From Candidatus Hodarchaeota archaeon (GTDB lineage Archaea > Asgardarchaeota > Lokiarchaeia > Sigyniarchaeales > SOKP01): DNA of 10,857 nt. The translations under genes were made by a program, and so were the position numbers. Location: assembly GCA_048886685.1 (NCBI GenBank), contig JBHLKM010000005.1:1-10857 (forward strand), given 5' to 3'. Positions 1 to 7,900 of this stretch are shown piece by piece. Positions within the stretch are counted from its first letter, which is position 1. Every line of letters begins with the position of its first letter. A model generated the notes under the pieces. It was not told where the DNA came from. It worked only from the letters and a program-made list of their open reading frames with translations, and searched no databases.

Positions 1-482
1 ACCTCAATTTCAGCTTTTGTGAGATTTCGTTTAATTTCTTTTATTTGTTCAAGAGATAATTCCCTAGCCAAAATTATGCGTTCAGTACCTAAGTTTTCAT
101 AAAATCTTGCAGAGAGAGAATTGGAGATATTACACTGAGTAGATATATGGAAAGGAATGTTTAATTCTTTTGCAGTTTCAATTGTTGCCATATCATGAAC
201 TATCAATGCATCGATTCCAGAGTTTTTGCTTTCTTCAATTATAGTCCTCAAAAAATTCAATTCTTTATCATACACTAATATATTTAGCGTTAAATATGCT
301 TTTAAATCATTTATATGACAGAAGTCTACTATCTTGTTAAGGTTCTCTAATGCGATATTTTCTGAACGCATCCTCATATTGAATTTTTTAATTCCAAAAT
401 AGACAGAATCTGCATATTTAGATGCAGCTTTGATAGCTTTAAGGTTTTTCGCCGGAGAAAGTAGTTCTACTTTATTCATCAT
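1..482 (-). CDS. Peptidase U32 family protein (RlhA/TrhP/UbiU-like Fe-S hydroxylation protein), N-terminal ~160 aa, runs off the left edge
   Basis: Not in the ORF track; translated by hand: MMNKVELLSPAKNLKAIKAASKYADSVYFGIKKFNMRMRSEN...YLTLNIL...GIDALIVHD...FHISTQCNISN...GTERIILARELSLEQIKEI...EIE. It matches the U32 signatures ELLxPA, AD(A/S)VYxG, DALIVxD, HxSTQxxxxN and R(I/V)(I/V)LARELSLxEI. Tandem ATGs at 482/479 follow an AGGA, and there is no stop before position 1. Confidence 0.92.
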   Translation of the reverse strand, partial: MMNKVELLSPAKNLKAIKAASKYADSVYFGIKKFNMRMRSENIALENLNKIVDFCHINDLKAYLTLNILVYDKELNFLRTIIEESKNSGIDALIVHDMATIETAKELNIPFHISTQCNISNSLSARFYENLGTERIILARELSLEQIKEIKRNLTKAEIE

Positions 483-611
483 TTAATCCTGATTATTTTA
501 ATACATTTTTATGTAACCCATAATGAATTAACAATTTTATTCAAATTTCTACTTTTCTCTTAACTAATTTAAAAAACTTTAAGAAAAAGAAATAATTTTG
601 ATTTTTAATTT

Positions 612-1658
612 ATGACTGAAGTAGAGTCTAATAGGCTAATACTTTTCCTAAAAAGAAGGAAACGAATTATTATTGGTTTTACCACGATTTTATTAGTAGT
701 TTTCATGATTTTTGTAGTAGATTTCATTAAAGTTATCCAAAAAGTAAAATTAATAGGTTTTTTGGGTATGTTTTTATTTATTATAACCTACTCAATCGCA
801 TTTTTATTTAGAAGTCTAAAATTAAAGCTAATTTTTAGAGGAATAGATAAAAATATAAAATTTAGCACGTCATATTTTTCTATTGGTGCTAGTTTTGTAT
901 TAAATGATTTTACTCCCGGTAAATTAGGAGATGTAGCTAAAATTTTCATTATTAAGGATCAAGAAAAATTACTTTTGAGCGAATCCATAGCCGGAATTGC
1001 TATTGAAAGAATTTTAGATCTGATTCTTTTGTTTACTATCAGTTGTAGTTCCTTAATTTACCTCTATATAAGTAGTTTTGGAGCAACGGAAAATGTGGAA
1101 ATTCTAGGGCAAGATATTCAATTTTATTTAATTTTGGGGGCCTTATTGTTGGCTGGATTTGTAATACTATTGGTTCTAGTACTTTATAAAACAGAAACTA
1201 TCTTGAAAATGATTAATAAATTATCTGTTAAGATAGGAAATTATCTTAAAAGATTCTTATTTAATTTTAAAAGAGGAATGAAAAATTTCAGAAATCATAA
1301 AAGAGAATTTATTTATGTAATATTTTTAGGGTTCCCAACTTGGATTTTTGACGCTTTAATTATTTCAATTTTCTTCTATATATTGGAACATCATGTGAAT
1401 ATATTCTTATTGCTCCTTGCAATGATTTTATTATTTTTTAGTAAGACTTTCCCAATCACACCTGGAGGTTGGGGAATCTCTGAAAACATAGGAGCATTAT
1501 TTATTTTTATATTTTATCCTGGAATCCCATATACTGAGATTTTATCGATTTTTATAATTGAACATATATTTAGAAGTGCATATCTCGTTTTTTACGGAGG
1601 ATTTTCCATAATTCATTATAATATTAAAATTCGACAAGCTGCTTTAATCATGGAATGA
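612..1658 (+). CDS. Lysylphosphatidylglycerol-synthase-TM / UPF0104 flippase-like membrane protein (AglD C-terminal-like)
   Basis: 348 aa with about 8-9 hydrophobic segments. Family motifs LNDFTPGKLGDVAK, IERILDL and FPITPGGWGISE are present. Confidence 0.85.
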   Translation: MTEVESNRLILFLKRRKRIIIGFTTILLVVFMIFVVDFIKVIQKVKLIGFLGMFLFIITYSIAFLFRSLKLKLIFRGIDKNIKFSTSYFSIGASFVLNDFTPGKLGDVAKIFIIKDQEKLLLSESIAGIAIERILDLILLFTISCSSLIYLYISSFGATENVEILGQDIQFYLILGALLLAGFVILLVLVLYKTETILKMINKLSVKIGNYLKRFLFNFKRGMKNFRNHKREFIYVIFLGFPTWIFDALIISIFFYILEHHVNIFLLLLAMILLFFSKTFPITPGGWGISENIGALFIFIFYPGIPYTEILSIFIIEHIFRSAYLVFYGGFSIIHYNIKIRQAALIME

Positions 1659-1666
1659 TAATAGAT

Positions 1667-1681
1667 GGTAAAATTTATAAA
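1667..1681 (+). promoter_or_regulatory. Putative archaeal BRE/TATA box (GGTAAAA-TTTATAAA) for the 1704 gene
   Basis: TTTATAAA at 1674-1681 follows a purine-rich stretch and is centred about 26 nt upstream of ATG 1704, the spacing expected for a leaderless transcript. The AT-rich background lowers confidence. Confidence 0.45.
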
Positions 1682-1703
1682 ATTATCATTATGAGATATA
1701 GCT

Positions 1704-2750
1704 ATGGAAGAATTAGAACTTAATGAAAAAAGAAGCTTCATAGAGAGAGTATTAGATAAGAAAATATTGATTTTGATTTTCATTGGGATAATTATACGAA
1801 TTATTATGCTTATATACTATTATTTTTCTCATGCAATTTATCCAAGTCGTTCATGGGGGGATGTAGGTTTAAATTTTAATAAAAGCATTTATTACCCTCC
1901 TTTAAGTACAATGATACTTGATATATTTAGAATTTTATCATTCGGTTCTGTCGAAATCTTCGCATTTTGGGCATTTCTTTGGGATTTAGGAGTAACCTTG
2001 ATGTTCTACTTTGTATTAAAGAGTTTTAACATAAAAAATAGTTCTTATGCGTTCGGTTTATTTTTAATAAATCCATTTTTTTTCTTGAATAACTCCTTTA
2101 GTTTAGAGAATTGTGGTTATCATATCACAGATATGTTCTTTTTCTTTTTCTTATTTATGGCATTAATATATTACCCAAAGGAAAAGAAATATGCCAAATA
2201 TCTCTTTTACATTTTTTTGGGATTATCAATGTGTACTAAATATTACACATTACCTGCACTAGGTTTCTTATTCCTGAAATTTCTTTATGAAAAAAATTGG
2301 GAGGAGATAAAAATGTTCGTTTCTATAACAGGAACTATTTTAGTCATTTTCTTAATAGCTCCAATCTTGATTTTTGATAAATACTTAACAGAATTACTCG
2401 AATGGTACAATATAGGTGAAACTTTTCCCTTGTATATTAGGATAATTCCTATTACTTTAATTGCTTTATTTTTTATTTTTTATCGATTAAAAGAATCTGA
2501 TACGTTTGAAATTATTATAGTATCTATCATAGCAATGGGATCGTTTATGTTCTTTAGTTTTCCATATCTCAGATGGTTTCAATCCATCTTATTTTATGGG
2601 ATCCTAATAGAAAGAGATTTCTTTTCCTTCAACTTAAATTTAGGTTTTTTTAAGAGAGAGATTAAAGTTACCAACCACATTTTAACTTTTTATTTATCAT
2701 TTATAGGAGTACTTTTAGCATACGCTCTTATATTTTTTGGAATTGTTTAA
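1704..2750 (+). CDS. GT-C fold polytopic membrane glycosyltransferase-like protein (GT87/DUF2029/PIG-M-like)
   Basis: 348 aa with about 9-10 TM segments. The first loop has an Asp (SWGDV) followed by YYPPL, then FLINPFF, GYHITD and GLSMCTKYYTLP. This order parallels the D...YPP / NP / GxxD / GxxxxxKxxP pattern of GT-C glycosyltransferases. Confidence 0.65.
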   Translation: MEELELNEKRSFIERVLDKKILILIFIGIIIRIIMLIYYYFSHAIYPSRSWGDVGLNFNKSIYYPPLSTMILDIFRILSFGSVEIFAFWAFLWDLGVTLMFYFVLKSFNIKNSSYAFGLFLINPFFFLNNSFSLENCGYHITDMFFFFFLFMALIYYPKEKKYAKYLFYIFLGLSMCTKYYTLPALGFLFLKFLYEKNWEEIKMFVSITGTILVIFLIAPILIFDKYLTELLEWYNIGETFPLYIRIIPITLIALFFIFYRLKESDTFEIIIVSIIAMGSFMFFSFPYLRWFQSILFYGILIERDFFSFNLNLGFFKREIKVTNHILTFYLSFIGVLLAYALIFFGIV

Positions 2751-2761
2751 AAGCAATCTCT

Positions 2762-3529
2762 TCAAATATTAAGTTTTCTTATTATTTTTTTAACAATTCT
2801 TTTAAAATGAAATTTATAAATATCAAAAAGAAAATTATAAAATTTTGAATCATTAAAGTATCTATATTTCATTAAAATTAGTGCTCCTTCAATACCATCC
2901 AAAATGTTTATTTTTGCATAACCAAATTCACGAACATGATACTTTATTGGTAATTCTTTTATTTTGTAACCGTTTAATATGATTTGGGAAGTAATTTCAG
3001 GCTCAAACTCAAATTCTCTAGCAGTGAGTTTCAATTTCTGTAGTATTTTTCTTGAAAATGCTTTGTAACCTGTCTCCATATCAGTTAATTTAACATTATA
3101 AATTATATTTGTAAGTTTAGTTAGAATTCGGTTTCCAATATAATGAAATCTTGACATTCTTTTTGGTTTTGTAAAGAATCTGGAGCCATAAACAACATTT
3201 ACTTCATTTTTAAGTATAGGTTGAATAAGTTTTGGAATATCTGAAGGATTATATTCAAGATCAGCATCCTGTATAATAAATATATCTCCATTGGCATATT
3301 TCATTCCAACTCTAATTGCTACTCCTTTACCCTGATTCTTAGATAATCTGATAAACTTTATTTTTTTATTAATTATTTCCTCATAAATTATATCTTTATG
3401 ATTGATTTTAGAACCATCATCTATTACAATAATTTCCCGATCTATAGGAAAATTGGTATTAAAAAGCTTTTGTAACAACGTTTTTATTGTTTCTTCTTCG
3501 TTATAGCATGGAACGATTATACTAAGCAT
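2762..3529 (-). CDS. GT2 glycosyltransferase, DPM1-like (polyprenol/dolichol-phosphate sugar synthase)
   Basis: Motifs LSIIVPCYNEE, IIVIDDGS, NQGKGVAIRVG, IQDADLEY (DxD), VYGSRF, TDMETGYKAF and FEFEPEIT. The track starts at TTG 3532; ATG 3529 is the next codon and the more likely start. Confidence 0.92.
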   Translation of the reverse strand: MLSIIVPCYNEEETIKTLLQKLFNTNFPIDREIIVIDDGSKINHKDIIYEEIINKKIKFIRLSKNQGKGVAIRVGMKYANGDIFIIQDADLEYNPSDIPKLIQPILKNEVNVVYGSRFFTKPKRMSRFHYIGNRILTKLTNIIYNVKLTDMETGYKAFSRKILQKLKLTAREFEFEPEITSQIILNGYKIKELPIKYHVREFGYAKINILDGIEGALILMKYRYFNDSKFYNFLFDIYKFHFKRIVKKIIRKLNI

Positions 3530-3580
3530 CAAGATATTTCAAGTAGGTAAATTTTTATTATATTTTAAATAATGAGTAAA

Positions 3581-4810
3581 TTATCTTTTCGCAATCTGAA
3601 TACTAGTTGGAATAATTGCTACTTTGGGAGTTTCACCAAATTTAATTTGCAATTCTTGGATCAAATCAGACCAGTTATTAAACAAAGTAACAGATTCAGG
3701 AAAGAAATGATTTTTATCTATCTCATTCACATTAGGGGAAAAAAGATATACTTTTCTTTTTTGGATAAAGAAATCCCAAAATCTTGTTTCTCCAATATTC
3801 CTATATAACTTTGATCCTGTCTCCCCTACAAGGCTATGATATCCCCGTCCTTCATATGAACTTGTCATGGCGACTATCGCTCCATCTTGATCGATCAACG
3901 TCGGTGGTGCTGACATTAAAAAATTAAATGCTTTATATTGAGCTTGATCTAATTCTGAATCTTCTGGCCATGAATTTAAAAAACAAATTTGATAATTTTG
4001 GCTTATTTTTGTTGAATAAACTTGTTTTCCATATTCAATAGCCTTCCTATGAGCATCTTTAAAATGTCCTGCGAATATTCCTGCGATGCTCCCCTTATCC
4101 GTTAATATAACATTTATTGAAAAATCTAATCCTACCTTCTCAGCAATGTCCTCAATATCTTGACGCGCTTCAGTAATTATTCCAATTCCACCTGATAGAC
4201 TTTTGTGATTTGCTTCAAGAGTATCTATTCCACATACGCCTGGGAGTACTATCTTTGCACCTCCTCCAAATCCCGCAAGAGAGTGAGGTATTACACCTCC
4301 TACAGCAATTTTTAAATCTCCTTCAACATATGTTTTATTAACATATATCGGTGTACCTTTTGATGATTCACCTAAATATTCTAAATTTTCATAAGGATGA
4401 TGATTTTCAATCCTGAATCTTTTTACTATTTCCTTTCCCAATTTAAGAATACAATCCTGCCTTGTCATTGGCCTGTGAGCCCCTATTGCTAATAAGATTG
4501 TTATTTGATTATCTTCTATATTAGCTTTCTTCAATTCCTCAAGAATAAAAGGTAAAATTTTATAAATTGGAGTTGGTCTAGTCATATCATCACTGACAAT
4601 TACGACATTTTTTTTCCCTTTTGCTAATTCTGATAATTTTGAGGTACCAATTGGGTTTAAAATCGCATCTTTAATTTCATCTTCTGAAATATCACTGTTT
4701 TTAGCGCCCTCCATTTTACATATAGATATATCCCAAGAATCAGGGAAATCCAAATCAATAAAACCGGGTTCTCTCCATACTGCCCATGGAATTTTAAATG
4801 ATTGCGTCAT
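3581..4810 (-). CDS. Lactate racemase LarA superfamily nickel-pincer-dependent racemase/epimerase (divergent)
   Basis: Motifs NPIG, SDDMTRPTP, AIGAHRPMT, GTPIYVN, PHSLAGFGGGAKIVLPG, EANH, FAGHFKDAH and EGRG. The catalytic/cofactor His, His, Lys and His positions are retained. No gene symbol is given because substrate-contact residues differ from true lactate racemases. Confidence 0.88.
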   Translation of the reverse strand: MTQSFKIPWAVWREPGFIDLDFPDSWDISICKMEGAKNSDISEDEIKDAILNPIGTSKLSELAKGKKNVVIVSDDMTRPTPIYKILPFILEELKKANIEDNQITILLAIGAHRPMTRQDCILKLGKEIVKRFRIENHHPYENLEYLGESSKGTPIYVNKTYVEGDLKIAVGGVIPHSLAGFGGGAKIVLPGVCGIDTLEANHKSLSGGIGIITEARQDIEDIAEKVGLDFSINVILTDKGSIAGIFAGHFKDAHRKAIEYGKQVYSTKISQNYQICFLNSWPEDSELDQAQYKAFNFLMSAPPTLIDQDGAIVAMTSSYEGRGYHSLVGETGSKLYRNIGETRFWDFFIQKRKVYLFSPNVNEIDKNHFFPESVTLFNNWSDLIQELQIKFGETPKVAIIPTSIQIAKR

Positions 4811-4933
4811 ATTAATTTACCATTTGTTCTATAAAATTTAAACCATTTCATTTACTTTTTTAAATTAATATTTAAGTTTATTATTTTATTTTAATCTATA
4901 AAAATATTTTTTTTAAAAAGAGAAGTTTTGGTA

Positions 4934-6370
4934 ATGATTTTAACAAATAAGAAAAATCATCTCGTAATAATGAAATTTGGAGGTTCTTGTTTAGAAGATG
5001 CTCGCTCTTATAAAAAAACTGCAGAAATCATCAGAGAACATATGGGTAAGTCAAGATTGATAATTGTGGCTTCAGCAATGAAGGGTATAACGGATGAATT
5101 AATAAATTTCTATATAAAATCTTGTAGTGAAGATTCAGATTGCGAGATGATACTTAAAAATGTTAATTATGTTCATAAAAATGTGCTCGATAAATTAATA
5201 GATTCTAAAAGCATTGAATATGAAAGAGCTATAAGCTTTCTGAAAATCAATATTGAAGAATTGACTCAATTAGGACGAGTTATACGACTCATAAGACCGA
5301 GTAGTGATATTCAAGATCTTATTATTTCTTATGGAGAGAAACTTAGTACCTATATTTTAACTCAATATCTCAACAATAAAGGGATTCAATCAAAATATTT
5401 CGCTTCAAACGAGTTAATTCTTACAGATGATAATTTTGGTAATGCTTTACCTTTACTAGATGATACAGAAACTCTTATTAACGAGGTTTTAGTGCCTATA
5501 CTAAAAGCTGAGCCTGATTTAACAGCATGTATTACTGGATTCTTCGCTTCAACAAAAGAGGATAAAAAAATTACTACCCTAGGAAGAGGAGGGACAGATT
5601 TAACAGCTGCTATAATAGCTTATTCTTTAAGGAATATCTTTGATACTAAGGTTATTTACTGGAAAGACGTTAAGGGCTTATTAGATGCTGATCCGAGAAT
5701 TGCTAAAAAAACCTCTCTTCTAAAACAAATTTCATATATTGAAGCGAAAGAACTTGCTTTTTTTGGTACAAAAGTATTGCATCCTTTATGTCTTGATGTT
5801 AATGAGAAAGGAAATGTCCCCTCTGAGATTAGATCATTTATGGATCCTAGCACAGATGAGTTTACAACAATTACCAAAGAAATAGTTGAAAATGGGAAGG
5901 TTATTAAAGCTATTACGTCACTCTATAAACTCTCAATGGTTACAATTGAAGGTGACACGATGATTCCCCTTTCAGGAACAGCTTCCAAACTATTTTCTCT
6001 TTTGGGGGATAATAATGTGGATATTGTCTTTATATCTCAGAGTTCCTCTGAAAATAACCTTACTTTTGGAATAAATTACGAAGACTCAAAAAAAGTAAGT
6101 TTTTTATTGAGAAATTCAGAATTATTTGGTAAAAACTGGTTTCGTATTAAAATTAATAATGATATTTCTTTAGTTGCAGTTATAGGTGCTGGGGTGCTCT
6201 ATACCCCAGGTATAGCCGGTAAAGTATTTACTACACTAGGTGATAACAATATTAATATTTTAGCAATCGCTCAAGGTTCTTCTGAATTAAATTTTACTGC
6301 AATAATAGAAAGAAACAATTGTGAAAAAGCTATAAATGTATTATATGATGCCTTTATTGGCTCAAAATGA
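4934..6370 (+). CDS. lysC: Aspartate kinase with two C-terminal ACT domains
   Basis: Motifs MKFGGS, VASAMKGITD, SYGEKLS, TTLGRGGTDLTA, DVKGLLDADPR and EAKELAFFGTKVLHP; ACT motifs ISQSSSE and IAQGSSE. The start is uncertain (TTG 4928, ATG 4934 or ATG 4970). Confidence 0.93.
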   Translation: MILTNKKNHLVIMKFGGSCLEDARSYKKTAEIIREHMGKSRLIIVASAMKGITDELINFYIKSCSEDSDCEMILKNVNYVHKNVLDKLIDSKSIEYERAISFLKINIEELTQLGRVIRLIRPSSDIQDLIISYGEKLSTYILTQYLNNKGIQSKYFASNELILTDDNFGNALPLLDDTETLINEVLVPILKAEPDLTACITGFFASTKEDKKITTLGRGGTDLTAAIIAYSLRNIFDTKVIYWKDVKGLLDADPRIAKKTSLLKQISYIEAKELAFFGTKVLHPLCLDVNEKGNVPSEIRSFMDPSTDEFTTITKEIVENGKVIKAITSLYKLSMVTIEGDTMIPLSGTASKLFSLLGDNNVDIVFISQSSSENNLTFGINYEDSKKVSFLLRNSELFGKNWFRIKINNDISLVAVIGAGVLYTPGIAGKVFTTLGDNNINILAIAQGSSELNFTAIIERNNCEKAINVLYDAFIGSK

Positions 6371-6382
6371 GGAAAATGAAAG

Positions 6383-7618
6383 TTAATAAAAATTGGTAAA
6401 TTTTTCTAATGCAATACTTTTCCTCCTTTCTTCTCTCCCTTCAGAATCAATATTATCCTTAAGTGCTTGATTACAAATTTCTTTTCCAATTATTACTTTT
6501 GGATTATTTGCCCAATTAACCTCAAATAGCAAACAAAGATAGTATACTGTTGATAATATAAATGCAATAAGGAGGCCCATATTCCTTTCCAAAGGGTTTT
6601 CAATGGATAATTTAGCAGTAGGAACACCTTGTTGAATTAATGCTTGAAAAGTTGCATCTGCCTGATAATTGACAATAGTTTGAGCACTTTTTCCATTAAC
6701 ATATTCAATAGAGGATTCTAAACTTAAATCAGGTATTTCATGTTCCACAGTCCACAAAATTGGTATTACTATGCCCTTAGTCCCTCCTAGTAAATACTCT
6801 AAGACAGAATGTTGGCATATTGGAGCACTTTGATAAGTCCCGATCATACCTTTTTCATCTTTCCCCGTACTTTCAGAAATACATTGAACCCATAATCCGG
6901 TACTTCCCTCTAAATTTTTAGAATATGGCATTGAGAATATTACATTATAACCTTTCTTATATAGGTTGAATAAATAAGCTGAAAATTCCAATGACAAATT
7001 ACTTTTATAATTAGAGAACAAATTATATCCATCCTCTAATCCTTTTATGAAATTTTCAATGTTAATCCCTGAAATATGTGCTGGTACAATACCAACGTTA
7101 GTAACTGATCCTGCAAAACGTCCACTAAGATTAGGCACCTCTAAAATAGGACAACCAATTTTTCGAAGTATATTATTCATAGTTCCCATAGATGATAAAC
7201 CCAGAAACTTATATCCTTCGCTTAAGAAAATGCCAATTGTAGAATTAATATCCAAAGTTTCTCCTCCTCTTGAAATTGGAATCACAATTGAGTCATTTGG
7301 GGAAGTTTTATCTAAACATCCTTTCAACTCTACCGCTCGTGAACTCGTAATAGGGAATATATTTTTCTGTGATAAATGCTTTAGTGTCAATAGAGTTTGA
7401 ATTGACCCTCCAGTTCCTAAAACTATTATATTCTTAATATCATTTGTTAATACGGTTTTGGTTGTTCGTTTGATATAGTTAATATCTAGATAAGATTTAG
7501 TATCAAAGAAAAAAGGACTATCCCACCTATCTTTATTTTTTTGAATTAATTTTATTGAATCTTGAAGTAAAGTCTCATCTAATTTTGGATAATACTCTAG
7601 TTTTATGTTATTCTTCAT
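6383..7618 (-). CDS. pgi: Glucose-6-phosphate isomerase family (double-SIS) protein, divergent
   Basis: Motifs IVLGTGGS, ISRGGET, SGRF, QCISESTGKDEKG (catalytic Glu), QHS (catalytic His) and NPKVIIGK (C-terminal Lys) occur in canonical PGI order. Confidence 0.78.
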   Translation of the reverse strand: MKNNIKLEYYPKLDETLLQDSIKLIQKNKDRWDSPFFFDTKSYLDINYIKRTTKTVLTNDIKNIIVLGTGGSIQTLLTLKHLSQKNIFPITSSRAVELKGCLDKTSPNDSIVIPISRGGETLDINSTIGIFLSEGYKFLGLSSMGTMNNILRKIGCPILEVPNLSGRFAGSVTNVGIVPAHISGINIENFIKGLEDGYNLFSNYKSNLSLEFSAYLFNLYKKGYNVIFSMPYSKNLEGSTGLWVQCISESTGKDEKGMIGTYQSAPICQHSVLEYLLGGTKGIVIPILWTVEHEIPDLSLESSIEYVNGKSAQTIVNYQADATFQALIQQGVPTAKLSIENPLERNMGLLIAFILSTVYYLCLLFEVNWANNPKVIIGKEICNQALKDNIDSEGREERRKSIALEKFTNFY

Positions 7619-7776
7619 TTAAATTTCACTAGATAATTTTGATTATTTATTTAATATTTTTTTATAATTCTATTTTGTTTTTATTGTTTTATTTAATAAA
7701 TAGAATAAGCTGTAAAACTTGAGAAATATCATATTTATTAAACTAAGATTTCCCTTAATATTGTCGTTTCTTATTG

Positions 7777-7844
7777 GAATATCTATAAAGTAAATCTAAA
7801 AATTGGAAGTCTATTTTGCTTAAAATAAATAACAGAATATCTAT
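7777..7844 (+). repeat. Three-copy direct repeat GAATATCTAT / GAAGTCTAT / GAATATCTAT upstream of radA
   Basis: Copies start at 7777, 7806 and 7835, exactly 29 bp apart. Copies 1 and 3 are identical 10-mers, and copies 1 and 2 share the leading ATTG. Confidence 0.5.
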
Positions 7845-7888
7845 GCATAATAAAAATTAAGCATAAAAAATACTCTAAAATTTTAATC

Positions 7889-7895
7889 GAGTGAT
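7889..7895 (+). promoter_or_regulatory. Shine-Dalgarno-like GAGTGAT before radA
   Basis: Resembles the archaeal anti-SD complement (GGAGGTGAT) and ends 5 nt before ATG 7901. Confidence 0.55.
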
Positions 7896-7900
7896 ATTAA

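Noticed and set aside
3572-3808. 78-aa plus-strand ORF
   Set aside because: Antisense shadow of the larA-like 3' end; no recognisable motif.
5656-5877. 73-aa minus-strand ORF
   Set aside because: Lies entirely antisense within the aspartokinase gene.
1667-6403. Recurring GGTAAA(A)TTT-like words near 1667, 3546, 4551 and 6396
   Set aside because: They occur in both coding and intergenic positions with no consistent placement; consistent with AT-rich background.
7047-7400. 117-aa plus-strand ORF
   Set aside because: Antisense shadow within the pgi-like gene.
7773-7844. Triple repeat as a mini-CRISPR or IS end
   Set aside because: The 9-10 bp units and ~19-20 bp gaps are too short for CRISPR, and there is no cas or transposase gene in the window.
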